A stretch of 64,000 nt of DNA from an uncultured Smithella sp. GTDB taxonomy: Bacteria > Desulfobacterota > Syntrophia > Syntrophales > Smithellaceae. Made by a program: the position numbers and the translations under genes. Shown here piece by piece: positions 41,678 through 53,554 of this stretch. Numbering within the stretch: the first letter of the stretch is position 1; each line of letters begins with the position of its first letter. The notes under the pieces were generated by a model. That model made no database searches, was not told the DNA's origin, and saw only the letters and a program-made list of their open reading frames with translations. The DNA is taken from the NCBI GenBank assembly GCA_964581635.1, contig CAZOPH010000001.1, positions 16,316 through 80,315 of the forward strand. Reading direction: 5' to 3'.

Positions 41678-43105
41678 CTATTGTTGTGGTAAAATAAAAA
41701 CAGGTTCTTCCCATTTTTCAGGTAATTTGCCGAATTGATCCGCGTCGCCTACGATAATCGTCAGCCTTCTTTTTGCGTTCAGGTATTGACCAGCAACACG
41801 TTTTAAATCCTCACACGTCACAGCTTCAATTCTTTTCCGATAGTTGATCAGATAATCGTCTGGTAATTTCTCAAACGCAATAGTCATTTGTTGATAAGCA
41901 ATCTGATCGGGCTGCTCAAAAGAGAAAATAAAACCATTGAGTAAAGATTTTTTTGCCCAGTCCATTTCATATTGAGAGACGGAACCAACCACAACATCAT
42001 CCAGGATGGAATTAATTAAGTGTAGCGCCTGAAAGGTCGATGCAGTTTTGGTAAAGGCATATGTTCCGAAAACACCGTAATTGCTGCGAGCACGATAAAA
42101 GCTGCCGGCGCTGTATGCCAGCCCTTCGTTATTACGGACAGCGCTAAATATTTTTGAAGGAAAGCCACCGCTGCCTATGATAAAATCAAGAATAGAAAAA
42201 GCGTAAAAATCCGGGTGATTTTTGCTGAGTGTGAATTCTCCGCTGACCAAGGTTGATTGCGGAATTTGTTTCCGTATAAAGAAAAGACCATGGCCTGATT
42301 CTTTTGGCGGCGGCGCAATACTGATGGCCTGCCGGGAATCTTTCCAGTGGCCGAAGTATTGCCGGATTTTATTGATAGCTTCTTCCTTAGAAATATCGCC
42401 GGAGAGGGCTAACATGATGTTGGCCGGAAAAAAATGTTCACGGTGAAAACCGATTAAATCATCGCGGGTGATTTGCTTCAGAGAGGTTGGCGTCGCATAA
42501 CGTCCCCGAGGATCGGACGGATAAAGCAAGCGGTTGAATTCACGAAACGCAAATTTTTGGGGATTATCCGCTACCCTGCGCAGTTCTTCTTTTTTCAAAG
42601 ATAGCGCCATTTGCAATTTATCTTCTTCAAATGCCGGTTGGATGAGTATCTGTGCAAGCAAATTCAGACAAACATCCAGATCGCTCTTCAAAAAAGAAAA
42701 ATAAATAGAGGCGGAGTCAAGCGACATGGAAATGGAGGGCGAGACGGCCAGGAAATCCAAACGCTGATCAATCTCTGTACTGCTCAATTGTTTGGTGCCG
42801 CCCGTTCGCATTGTATAAGCGGTCAGTTCCGCTAAGCCTTCTTTACCTTGAGGATCATACAGCGATCCGGTACGCACCAGCGCAGATAACGAAACCAAGG
42901 GCATTTCGTCGTTCCGAAGATAAAACAAAACCATGCCGTTATCCAGCACAATGCGCTCGGCCTCCGGTACGCGAAAATCCAGCCCGGGATATTTTAATTT
43001 ATCCGGTGAGATGAATTTTTGAGCCGCTGATGCACCGGACACAATCATTCCGCAAAGTAATAATAGCAGTCCGGTTATGCAATAGACATTAAATTTATTT
43101 TTCAT
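41678..43105 (-). CDS. M16-family peptidase-like protein, exported, lacking the HxxEH zinc motif
   Basis: 475 aa. Signal peptide ending ASAAQ. M16 fold by similarity to the upstream paralog, but AELTAYTMRTGGT sits where HxxEH is expected. Confidence 0.78.
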   Translation of the reverse strand: MKNKFNVYCITGLLLLLCGMIVSGASAAQKFISPDKLKYPGLDFRVPEAERIVLDNGMVLFYLRNDEMPLVSLSALVRTGSLYDPQGKEGLAELTAYTMRTGGTKQLSSTEIDQRLDFLAVSPSISMSLDSASIYFSFLKSDLDVCLNLLAQILIQPAFEEDKLQMALSLKKEELRRVADNPQKFAFREFNRLLYPSDPRGRYATPTSLKQITRDDLIGFHREHFFPANIMLALSGDISKEEAINKIRQYFGHWKDSRQAISIAPPPKESGHGLFFIRKQIPQSTLVSGEFTLSKNHPDFYAFSILDFIIGSGGFPSKIFSAVRNNEGLAYSAGSFYRARSNYGVFGTYAFTKTASTFQALHLINSILDDVVVGSVSQYEMDWAKKSLLNGFIFSFEQPDQIAYQQMTIAFEKLPDDYLINYRKRIEAVTCEDLKRVAGQYLNAKRRLTIIVGDADQFGKLPEKWEEPVFILPQQ

Positions 43106-44621
43106 TTTTACCCGTACTTGTATCTGCGTTTACTTTTTTGTTTAAGACTGCGATTGTCCGGTTTTCAACTGATAGATACTTTACGGCCGCTGTCTGAATA
43201 TCCATTGCCGTTACTTTGTCAATGTGAGAAATATAGTTGGAAAAGTATCGGTAATCACCCAGAAGCAATTCGTAATAAGAAAGAAGGGAAGCCAGATCAG
43301 AATTGGAATCCAGACTTTTAACGTAGTCCATCTTCAATTGATTTTTGGCTTTGGACAGCTCCAAGTCCGTCACGGGACGAGTCTTTAATATTTCCAGTTC
43401 CCGAAAAATGGCCGCTTGGAGTTCATCGTTTGTGTGCGGATGGCGAGGGCGGGCCAAGATCGCAAACAGGTTCGCATACCTTGTAGCCGGCATACCGTTA
43501 TGAACACTGATGCTGTCCCCGATTTGCATTTGCAACACCAGCTTGGAATACAAACGGCTGGTTCTACCTTTGCTTAAGATTGTTTCCAACACATCAAAAA
43601 CATAGTCTTCAAAGGCAGGTGCGGTCGGCTTGTGATAACCAATGATCATCGACGGATTGGCATCAAACAAAACCTCCACTTTGCGTTCCCCGGTTTGTGG
43701 CGGTTCGGTGGGAATGGCGGTCGGTTGAAAATTGCCTTTAGGCATCCGTCCGAAATATTGATTAATCAGCTTTAGCGTTTTTGTACAATGAATGTCCCCA
43801 ACGACGGCAATGATTATATTTTCCGGCGAAAGATATTTCTGGTGCATACGTCGAATGGCCGCTTGGCTGATATAGGTTAAATCCTGAGGGTAGCCTATAA
43901 TAGGGACGCCATAAGGATGTACTTTATAGGCCGTGCTCATGAAGGATTCATAAAGTTTACCGTCAGGGTTGGTTTCTATACTCTGCCTTCTTTCTTCCAG
44001 GATAACATCGCGTTCCGTGTAGAATTCACGGAAGACGGGGTTAATAAGGCGGTCAGCTTCAATACGAGCCCAGAGCTCAATCTTATTGGCAGGTAGATTG
44101 ACGTAGTACGTTGTTACATCCTGACCGGTAGATGCGTTCATTTCCAGGCCGCCGTTTTCCGTGTAGAGCCGGTCAATCTCGTTTGGGATATAGTACTCTC
44201 GGTGTTTATTCTGTAATTTTTTTAAACGCGAGGCAAGATTTTTGATACGTTTCTGGTCGGCTTTATTTTGCTGCATCCGCTCATTATCGAGCGCCTGTCC
44301 GATCTGCTCGATTTGCATGAGCAGTTTTTTTTCCGCTGCATAATTTTTCGTACCGATAGTCGTTGTGCCTTTAAACATCATGTGTTCCAGGACGTGCGCG
44401 GCACCGCTTTGTCCCTTGATTTCATCGACTGCTCCGACGCGGTAGCGGATATAAAGCGAAACAGTCGGGCTGAATTTGCGTTCGAGCATCAAAACGGTTA
44501 GACCATTATCCAGCTTGGCTTTAACGATCTTCTTTTCCAGGTCAATCGCCCATAATGGGGCTGACCAGTAAACAATGATCAATCCAATCAGCAGCAAACA
44601 AAACCTATTTCGTGTCAACAT
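43095..44621 (-). CDS. M16-family zinc peptidase (pitrilysin-like), exported
   Basis: The in-frame ATG at 44621 gives a signal peptide MLTRNRFCLLLIGLIIVYWSAPLWA. Inverted zinc motif HVLEHMMFKGT. Confidence 0.82.
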   Translation of the reverse strand: MLTRNRFCLLLIGLIIVYWSAPLWAIDLEKKIVKAKLDNGLTVLMLERKFSPTVSLYIRYRVGAVDEIKGQSGAAHVLEHMMFKGTTTIGTKNYAAEKKLLMQIEQIGQALDNERMQQNKADQKRIKNLASRLKKLQNKHREYYIPNEIDRLYTENGGLEMNASTGQDVTTYYVNLPANKIELWARIEADRLINPVFREFYTERDVILEERRQSIETNPDGKLYESFMSTAYKVHPYGVPIIGYPQDLTYISQAAIRRMHQKYLSPENIIIAVVGDIHCTKTLKLINQYFGRMPKGNFQPTAIPTEPPQTGERKVEVLFDANPSMIIGYHKPTAPAFEDYVFDVLETILSKGRTSRLYSKLVLQMQIGDSISVHNGMPATRYANLFAILARPRHPHTNDELQAAIFRELEILKTRPVTDLELSKAKNQLKMDYVKSLDSNSDLASLLSYYELLLGDYRYFSNYISHIDKVTAMDIQTAAVKYLSVENRTIAVLNKKVNADTSTGKNEK

Positions 44622-44844
44622 GATCGATCTCGCCGTTAGGTTTATTCGGGAAAAAGCGGAAAAATACATAAAGGATGCCAACAACACAAAACAAAATGAT
44701 GAAAGAGGCCGCGAACAAAGTCATAACGAATTCCAGAGGGTTAGCCAATTTAAATGAACCCACCAGAATATCGATGCCGAACACTAAAAAAAACAATGAT
44801 AACAAAAGAACAACTATATTTTTAATCCGGACTAGAATCGTCAT
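44605..44844 (-). CDS. small two-helix membrane protein, unknown function
   Basis: The in-frame ATG at 44844 lies 1 nt after the radical SAM stop and gives 79 aa with two hydrophobic helices. Overlaps the M16 start by 17 nt. No recognised family. Confidence 0.45.
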   Translation of the reverse strand: MTILVRIKNIVVLLLSLFFLVFGIDILVGSFKLANPLEFVMTLFAASFIILFCVVGILYVFFRFFPNKPNGEIDHVDTK

Positions 44845-44845
44845 G

Positions 44846-46210
44846 TCATAACCTTTTATTCTTTGGCAACGTTTTGAGCATCGCTTTGATCTTGCTGTAA
44901 ACTTCGTAACTGAAATCATCATTGCGACAGCTCAAAAGTGAGTTGTTATGATATAGAGGTTCATGCTGAATGTCAAATGGTGAAGACATAAGAGCGTCGG
45001 TCCACATCCTTGTTCCGGGGATCGGTGAATATTCGGCAAGCACCGGCTTGGCCCCACACTTTAAAACAAAATCAATGCTCTGCATGACATCCGCGGTTTT
45101 CTGCCCGGGTATCCCACATAGAAGATAAACGCCGATATCGTCTGTTTTGTATCCAGCTTTTTTTAGATGAATGACAGCATTACGCAATTCTTCATTTTTA
45201 ACTTTTCCACCCGTTTCTTTCTGAAGCTGAAAATCAGCAGTTTCAAAACCAAATCGAATGGTCCTAAAACCGGAATCGTAAAGAATCATACTTAATTTAG
45301 AGTCGATTTCTCTTAGATGTAGGCCATTGGGACAGTGAAAACGGCAAGCTAACTTCCGTCTTTTAGCTTCGTGAAGGAGAGGAATGATCATTTCTTCGGA
45401 AGAGACCAGAAGGGCGTCATCGTAAAAACTGAAATCGGTTACACCGAAATTCTTTTGCCAGTGTTCGATTTCATCCACCACTTTGAATGGATCACGCCTG
45501 ATAAAGTTCTTTTGCAGGATATGCGATGAACAGTAACTACAACGATACGGACAACCGAGCGATGTGATGATCGGAACTTGGTAGATTTTGTGGAGTAAAT
45601 CAAATGCCGGGTAGGGCAGGGCATCCAGATCGTCTTCATTAGGTTCGAAAATAATGTCTTCATCGAAAAGCTTTTGAAATATTTCCAGAATATTCTTTTC
45701 ACCACGTCCGCAAATCACATAATCAGCGCCGGAATTAATAACGGCATGATCGTAACAGAGAGATGCATATTTACCGCCCAACACAACGGGAACTCCCGGC
45801 AGCATCTCTTTGACAATTTTAATGGCTTCAAAAACACCCGGATACCAATACGTCATCATTGAGGAAATCAAAACGATATCCGTCTCTGGATGAAGACCCA
45901 GTTCTACACGGAATACATCCGTGCCAATACCATAGCGGCAATAACTGCGTGGCAGCACTTTGAGACAGTCCGGTTTATCGATGACCTGACGGAAAAACCG
46001 GCCGTGGCCATAAAGATGGCGCTTGGGCATTTGGCCGCTTTTTTGCAGCATGAGCGAAGAATAGGGATCAAGACAATCAATATAGGAAATTCGGTGATTG
46101 TTGGCACGTAACAGACCGCCAATATATAAAAGTCCCAGTGGTTTTAGCCAGAAATCGTAAGCTGCAAAATCATAAATCCAGGGATTGATTAACAGAATAT
46201 TCTTACTCAT
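44846..46210 (-). CDS. B12-binding-domain-type radical SAM protein
   Basis: 454 aa. N-terminal ILLINP...LGLLYIGGLL pattern of class-B-like enzymes. CX3CX2C cluster GCPYRCSYC. No SPASM-like Cys clusters at the C-terminus. Confidence 0.8.
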   Translation of the reverse strand: MSKNILLINPWIYDFAAYDFWLKPLGLLYIGGLLRANNHRISYIDCLDPYSSLMLQKSGQMPKRHLYGHGRFFRQVIDKPDCLKVLPRSYCRYGIGTDVFRVELGLHPETDIVLISSMMTYWYPGVFEAIKIVKEMLPGVPVVLGGKYASLCYDHAVINSGADYVICGRGEKNILEIFQKLFDEDIIFEPNEDDLDALPYPAFDLLHKIYQVPIITSLGCPYRCSYCSSHILQKNFIRRDPFKVVDEIEHWQKNFGVTDFSFYDDALLVSSEEMIIPLLHEAKRRKLACRFHCPNGLHLREIDSKLSMILYDSGFRTIRFGFETADFQLQKETGGKVKNEELRNAVIHLKKAGYKTDDIGVYLLCGIPGQKTADVMQSIDFVLKCGAKPVLAEYSPIPGTRMWTDALMSSPFDIQHEPLYHNNSLLSCRNDDFSYEVYSKIKAMLKTLPKNKRL

Positions 46211-46370
46211 CTATGAGATTTTATCATACAAGTTGGCCAATTACCAATTGTATCACCATGCATTCCTATCAACATATCCATGATATTTAAGTCATGCATT
46301 TATTCCAGAAAGAACTTGAACACTAAAGCAATTGTTGCTAGCATACCCGAACTTTTGGATGGGATTCATT

Positions 46371-46820
46371 ATGCGTGCAGTTATTCAGAGAGTTGACCGG
46401 GCTTGCGTCAGAATAAAATCTCAGTTATTTTCCTCAATAGATCAAGGGGTTTTGGTATTGCTGGGAGTGGAAAAAGACGATGTTGAGAAAGACGCGGATT
46501 ATGTTTTGGAAAAAACGATCAACTTACGTGTTTTTGAAGATGAACAAGGCAAAATGAATCTTTCGCTCCTCGATATTGGAGGTCAGATGTTGGTAGTGTC
46601 GCAGTTCACGCTGCTGAGTGACTGCATTAAGGGACGCAGGCCATCATTTGGCCGGGCAGAAGAACCGGACAAAGCCAATCAGCTATATGAATATTTCGTT
46701 CATCAAGCCGCACCCAAAGTGAAAAAACTGGCGACCGGCAAGTTTCAGGAAATGATGCAAATTGAATTGACGAACAACGGTCCCGTAACAATATTACTGG
46801 ACAGCAGGAAAGTTATTTAA
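46371..46820 (+). CDS. dtd: D-aminoacyl-tRNA deacylase
   Basis: The in-frame ATG at 46371 gives MRAVIQRV. SQFTLL and NNGPVT motifs. 149 aa. Confidence 0.9.
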   Translation: MRAVIQRVDRACVRIKSQLFSSIDQGVLVLLGVEKDDVEKDADYVLEKTINLRVFEDEQGKMNLSLLDIGGQMLVVSQFTLLSDCIKGRRPSFGRAEEPDKANQLYEYFVHQAAPKVKKLATGKFQEMMQIELTNNGPVTILLDSRKVI

Positions 46821-46827
46821 GCGAAGT

Positions 46828-47283
46828 ATGGAATCAAGTGACATTAAAATAGATAAAGAAGGCATCTGGTATTATCGCGGTGCACACATGTTCCGCAAAG
46901 ACATTTTGTGCATTTTATTTGAGAATTTAAAAGTGAACGACTGCGGTCAATACTACATAGAACTCAACGATGAAATTTGTTATCTGGACGTTGAAGATAC
47001 TGCATTTGTCATTACAGCTGTTTATAAAACGAAAGCCCCTTCCAACAGTCATGAACAAATTGAGGTTCTTGTAAGTGATGATTGCAGGGAAAAATTGGAT
47101 TTAAGCACATTGGTCGTGGGCCCGGAGAATATAATGTATTGCCGAATTAAAGATGGAAAATTTGCCGCCCGCTTTACGCGAAAAAGCTACTACCAGTTAG
47201 CGGAATTCATTGAACAGGACGATAAAGACAATGTTTTTTATATCATTTTAAATGAACAGAAATACGTGATTGAAAATTCTTAG
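46828..47283 (+). CDS. DUF1285-like protein
   Basis: 151 aa. IDKEGIWYYRGAHMFRKDILCILF...YLDVEDTAFVI resembles the DUF1285 pattern from memory. Not verified. Confidence 0.55.
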   Translation: MESSDIKIDKEGIWYYRGAHMFRKDILCILFENLKVNDCGQYYIELNDEICYLDVEDTAFVITAVYKTKAPSNSHEQIEVLVSDDCREKLDLSTLVVGPENIMYCRIKDGKFAARFTRKSYYQLAEFIEQDDKDNVFYIILNEQKYVIENS

Positions 47284-47288
47284 TTTAA

Positions 47289-48770
<1,482 letters not shown>

Positions 48771-48776
48771 TTAAAA

Positions 48777-51700
48777 ATGAAGCACTCAAATTTCGTCCAT
48801 CTCCATGTGCATACGCAATACAGTCTTCTCGACGGTATGATTCGTCTAGATGACCTCTTTAAAAAGGCCAAAGAATTCGCAATGCCGGCTATGGCCATCA
48901 CCGATCATGGCAATATGTTTGGCGCGATTGATTTTTATAAACAGGCCTATGCCAACGGCATTAAACCGATCATCGGATGTGAACTCTACGTAGCCCCCAG
49001 AAGCCGTTTCGATAAGACCACATCATCCATCGGTGAAGCCACGCGTCATTTAGTCGTACTTGTAAGAAATTTACAAGGCTATAAAAACTTGATGAAATTG
49101 ACTTCTGCCGCCCATATCGATGGTTTTTACTACCGCCCACGTGTAGATAAAGAATTGCTTAAGCAATGTTCCGAAGGCCTCATCGCATCGAGCGCCTGTC
49201 TGCACGGCGAAATCGCTTCCCATATTGTTCGCGGCAATATGGACGAAGCCAGAAAATCCGCCCGCGAATATCTGGAAATTTTCGGCGAGAACAACTTTTA
49301 TCTGGAAATCATGGAAAACGGTATTCCCGAACAGGCGATTGCCAACCAGGGTTTGATTGAACTGAGCAAAGAACTGTCTATTCCACTCATTGCCACCAAT
49401 GACTGTCATTATCTCGATGCCAGCCATGCCGAGGCGCATAATGTTCTTTTGTGTATCCAGACAGGCAAAACCATTGAAGATAAGGATCGGATGTCGATGA
49501 CATCGGATCAGTTTTATGTAAAATCCCCGGAGGAAATGCAAACGCTTTTTGCTGCGACGCCGGAGGCGATTTCCAACACCGTGAGCATTGCCGAGCGATG
49601 CAATCTGACATTTGAATTCGGCAAATTCTATTTACCGAAATTTGAAGTCAAAAATCCGGAGGAATCTCTTGAAGATTATCTGGATCGTAAAGCAATGGAA
49701 GGTTTGGAAAAGCTTCTGCCGACCATTATGAAATACCAAAAAGAGAACGAGGTTGCTGTTCGGGAAAAATATACCAAGCGCCTTCGCACTGAACTTGAAA
49801 TTATTAAAAAAATGGGGTTTGCCGGTTACTTTCTTATCGTCTCTGATTTTATAAAGTTCGCCAAACATCATGATGTTCCTGTTGGACCAGGACGTGGTTC
49901 TGCTGCAGGTTCTCTTGTGGCCTACGCCATCCGCATTACAGATATTGATCCCCTTCGTTACGGGCTGTTTTTTGAAAGATTTCTAAATCCGGATCGTATC
50001 AGCATGCCGGATATTGATATCGATTTCTGTCAGGAACGCCGTGGTGAAATCATCAAATACGTGACGGATAAATACGGCAAGGATAAAGTCACGCAAATCT
50101 GCACCTTTGGAAAGATGATGGCCAAAGGCGTAATCCGCGATGTTGGGCGCGCTCTCAATATTCCATACGGCGAAGCAGATCGCATCGCCAAACTGGTACC
50201 GAATGCTTTAAATATTACATTAACCGAGGCATTCAAAATGGAGCCCCGATTTGACGAGGAACGCAGGAAAAATCCGCAAATTGATAAACTGCTCTCTCTT
50301 TCTCTGATTTTGGAAGGTCTAAACCGCCACTCTTCCGTTCATGCCGCAGGTGTTGTGATTTCGGATGCACCGCTGGTGGAAAGAGTACCGCTGTTTGCTC
50401 CAAAAGACGATATCGTCTCCCAATATTCCATGAAGGATATTGAGGCAGTAGGTTTGACCAAGTTTGATTTCCTGGGGCTAAAGACTCTGACCGTGATTAA
50501 AAACGCTCTGAATTTTATCAAGGAATCACATCACGTTGATATCGACATCAATAATTTACCGCTTGATGATCAGGAAACCTATAAACTGTTAATGAAAGGT
50601 GAAACCGACGGTGTCTTCCAGTTGGAAAGTTCAGGTATGAAGGACCTTCTGGTCAATTTTAAGCCTGATCACATAGAAGATGTTATTGCTTTAATTGCAG
50701 CTTATCGTCCCGGCCCGATGAAGATGATTCCCGATTTCATAGCCCGGAAGCATGGAAAACAGCAAATCACTTATGAACTGTCTCAGCTTGAACCGATCCT
50801 GAAAGAAACTTACGGTATCATATTGTATCAGGAGCAGGTCATGCAAATTGCCAATGTAATTGGTGGTTACACGATGGCCCAGGCCGATACGTTGCGCAAA
50901 GTGATGGGCAAAAAACAAGTTGCGGCAATGGAAAAGGAGAAACCAAAATTTCTCGAAGGTGCGAAAAAGCAGAAAATTAATGAGAATAAGGCGAAAATCA
51001 TCTGGGACCAGATGGAGACCTTTGCTGAATATGGCTTCAATAAATCTCATAGTGCCGCCTATGCAATGATCACCTATCAGACGGCATATCTTAAGGCTCA
51101 TTATCCGGTCTCTTTTATGGCTGCGCTGTTGACTAGTGAGAAAGACAATCGCGATAAGATTATCAAGCATATGACCAACTGTAAGGAAATGGGTATTAGT
51201 ATTTTGCCTCCGGATATTAATGAATCTCAAAAAGATTTCAGCATTTCCGGCGAGAATATCCGTTTTGGTTTGGCTGCGGTGAAAAATGTTGGCGAGGCAG
51301 CGATAGAATCAATCATTGCCATGCGTAAAGAAAGAAATTTTACCTCCTTTATGGATTTTCTGAGCCGGGTCGATCTGCGCAAAGTAAATAAAAGGGTGAT
51401 CGAAAGCTTGATTAAATGTGGTTCTTTTGATGCGTTGGGTAACACACGCAGGCAGCTCATGGAATGCCTGGATCAGGCTATGGAAGAAGCTCAGCGCAAG
51501 CAAAAGGAATTATTAAGCAATCAAGCAAGTATTTTTGATCAGTTGGACACTGTGGAAACATCTGAAGCCAATGGCGGATCATCTTTCCAGATTCCCAACC
51601 TGCCCGAATGGGATCGTAAAGAGCTTCTCTCCATCGAGAAAGAAACCCTTGGTTTTTATATTACGGGTCATCCCTTACATGGTTATGCCGATAAATTGAA

Positions 51701-52244
51701 ACTGATCACCAATGCGAATTCCGCTACTCTGGGCACAAAAAGGGATAAAGAGACGATTACCATTGCCGGAGTCATCAGTTCACTTACCGAAAGATTGACC
51801 AAGAAAAAAGATGTGATGTGCAATGTCGTTTTGGAGGATTTGCAAGGATCTGTCAGCATTATCTTCTGGGCGGATGTTTATAAGAAGTTTTATGAATTGC
51901 TTCACGCAGATGAACCTGTTGTTATTCAAGGTAACATCGATGTCGGCGACGAGTCGATCAAGATCATTGCCCAGGATGTGCTAACTCTGACCAAAGCTCT
52001 GGAAAATCCATATAAACAAGTTCGTTTCATGATTGATACGGATAAAGTATCCCCAGAAGATATTAAGACCCTATACAATACGATAAAGAAATATAACGGC
52101 AAATATGAAGGTTATATTCACATCCTTAATAAAAAAAGTGAAACTGTCGTCAAACTTGGAGATGAGACCAAACTCGATATATGTGACAGATTACAACGGG
52201 AAGCGGATGGCATCCTAGGGGAGGGGAGTACAATCTACTGCTGA
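48777..52244 (+). CDS. dnaE: DNA polymerase III alpha subunit
   Basis: 1155 aa. PHP domain FVHLHVHTQYSLLDG, polymerase core, and a C-terminal OB-fold region. Confidence 0.95.
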   Translation: MKHSNFVHLHVHTQYSLLDGMIRLDDLFKKAKEFAMPAMAITDHGNMFGAIDFYKQAYANGIKPIIGCELYVAPRSRFDKTTSSIGEATRHLVVLVRNLQGYKNLMKLTSAAHIDGFYYRPRVDKELLKQCSEGLIASSACLHGEIASHIVRGNMDEARKSAREYLEIFGENNFYLEIMENGIPEQAIANQGLIELSKELSIPLIATNDCHYLDASHAEAHNVLLCIQTGKTIEDKDRMSMTSDQFYVKSPEEMQTLFAATPEAISNTVSIAERCNLTFEFGKFYLPKFEVKNPEESLEDYLDRKAMEGLEKLLPTIMKYQKENEVAVREKYTKRLRTELEIIKKMGFAGYFLIVSDFIKFAKHHDVPVGPGRGSAAGSLVAYAIRITDIDPLRYGLFFERFLNPDRISMPDIDIDFCQERRGEIIKYVTDKYGKDKVTQICTFGKMMAKGVIRDVGRALNIPYGEADRIAKLVPNALNITLTEAFKMEPRFDEERRKNPQIDKLLSLSLILEGLNRHSSVHAAGVVISDAPLVERVPLFAPKDDIVSQYSMKDIEAVGLTKFDFLGLKTLTVIKNALNFIKESHHVDIDINNLPLDDQETYKLLMKGETDGVFQLESSGMKDLLVNFKPDHIEDVIALIAAYRPGPMKMIPDFIARKHGKQQITYELSQLEPILKETYGIILYQEQVMQIANVIGGYTMAQADTLRKVMGKKQVAAMEKEKPKFLEGAKKQKINENKAKIIWDQMETFAEYGFNKSHSAAYAMITYQTAYLKAHYPVSFMAALLTSEKDNRDKIIKHMTNCKEMGISILPPDINESQKDFSISGENIRFGLAAVKNVGEAAIESIIAMRKERNFTSFMDFLSRVDLRKVNKRVIESLIKCGSFDALGNTRRQLMECLDQAMEEAQRKQKELLSNQASIFDQLDTVETSEANGGSSFQIPNLPEWDRKELLSIEKETLGFYITGHPLHGYADKLKLITNANSATLGTKRDKETITIAGVISSLTERLTKKKDVMCNVVLEDLQGSVSIIFWADVYKKFYELLHADEPVVIQGNIDVGDESIKIIAQDVLTLTKALENPYKQVRFMIDTDKVSPEDIKTLYNTIKKYNGKYEGYIHILNKKSETVVKLGDETKLDICDRLQREADGILGEGSTIYC

Positions 52245-52325
52245 GAGAAAGGATTTAGAAATAGATGAACATTTCCTCTATTTAATTCTAAATAAAAAAG
52301 TTATCAACAATAAATTATATTTAAT

Positions 52326-53045
52326 ATGAAATATGAGGAAAGAATATACAGATCACTAATTAATAAAGATAATCTTATTTCATATAATGTCAAAATATTT
52401 GAAAGCGACCTGTTTATAAGTTCCGATATCGATCTTTCTGTCTTAGCTGAAAAATCCTTAATTCAACATCGTTACTCTTTAGAATCTTACATTAGAAATC
52501 ATCCAGAATTTCAAACATCACTGTTGCCACTTCCAGAAGATCATTTAGCACAGCCGATTATTAGGTGCATGCTCAGCAAATCAAAAATATGCGGGGTAGG
52601 GCCGATGGCCTCGGTCGCCGGTGCCATAGCTGAATTCGTTGGATATGATCTCCTCGATGCGACGGACAACCTCATTATAGAAAATGGCGGAGATATATAT
52701 CTCCGTTCAAAAAATAAACTAACCGTTGCTATTTATGCAGGAGAATCTACTTTAAGTTATAAAGTCAATCTTGTTGTAAAACCAGAAGATACTCCATTAG
52801 GAATTTGTACATCATCAGCCACAGTAGGCCCGTCTTTTAGTTTTGGAAAAGCGGACGCCGTTTGTGTAATTTCCGCATCTTCCACCTTGGCTGATGCAGC
52901 AGCCTCTGCCATTGCTAATCGTGTCAAGAGTAAAAAAAACATAAAATTTGCCTTGGAATATGGAATAAAAATTCCCGGCGTAAAAGGAATTGTTATCATC
53001 TGTGGCAACGATATGGGAGCAATAGGGGAGGTGGAGTTTATTTAA
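52326..53045 (+). CDS. UPF0280-like protein (ApbE-like superfamily)
   Basis: 239 aa. MKYEERIYRS...FESDLFISS N-terminus and Gly-rich GVGPMASVAGAIAE resemble UPF0280 from memory. Not verified. Confidence 0.55.
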   Translation: MKYEERIYRSLINKDNLISYNVKIFESDLFISSDIDLSVLAEKSLIQHRYSLESYIRNHPEFQTSLLPLPEDHLAQPIIRCMLSKSKICGVGPMASVAGAIAEFVGYDLLDATDNLIIENGGDIYLRSKNKLTVAIYAGESTLSYKVNLVVKPEDTPLGICTSSATVGPSFSFGKADAVCVISASSTLADAAASAIANRVKSKKNIKFALEYGIKIPGVKGIVIICGNDMGAIGEVEFI

Positions 53046-53125
53046 ATAAACAGATTCAGGGTCACAAATTTTAGAAAGAATAAAATTAAAATGGTAAACC
53101 AAATAATTAATGGAGTGCATTCTAT

Positions 53126-53554
53126 ATGTTAAATTTCACAGAAGAAATAAGGAAACAAAGTCCTTTTATAAACTTGCTGGGCTTGTCCATCGTAAAATTG
53201 GAACACGGCCACTGCCAGAGCCTATTAGAAATTAAAGATAGTTTTTTAAACAAGCATAAGTTTGTACACGGGGGCATTATTTATTCCTTGGCAGATATCA
53301 GCATGGGCGTAACTGTTTATTCCGTAATCAATAAAGATGAAGAAACCTCTACTATTGAGATAAAAATAAACTATTTAAAGCCGGTAATTGAACGTATTTT
53401 AACGTGTGATGCGCATATGATTCAGAAGGGAAAAAATGTTGCTGTTTTGGAGGCGGAAATAAAAGCAGATGATATTTTAGTTGCAAAAGCCCTTGGTACA
53501 TTTTCTATATTTAAATCAAAGAGAGGAAACGATCTAGGAAATACAGAATCATAA
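53126..53554 (+). CDS. PaaI-family hotdog thioesterase
   Basis: 142 aa. HGGIIYSLADISMG motif typical of PaaI/YbdB-type thioesterases. Confidence 0.75.
   Translation: MLNFTEEIRKQSPFINLLGLSIVKLEHGHCQSLLEIKDSFLNKHKFVHGGIIYSLADISMGVTVYSVINKDEETSTIEIKINYLKPVIERILTCDAHMIQKGKNVAVLEAEIKADDILVAKALGTFSIFKSKRGNDLGNTES

Noticed and set aside
44605-44844. The idea that the 79-aa ORF next to the radical SAM enzyme is a RiPP precursor peptide.
   Set aside because: It consists mostly of two hydrophobic helices with a short polar tail. It has no leader/core organisation and no Cys/Ser/Thr-rich core. It looks like an integral membrane protein. The operon is kept as a finding, but this interpretation is not.
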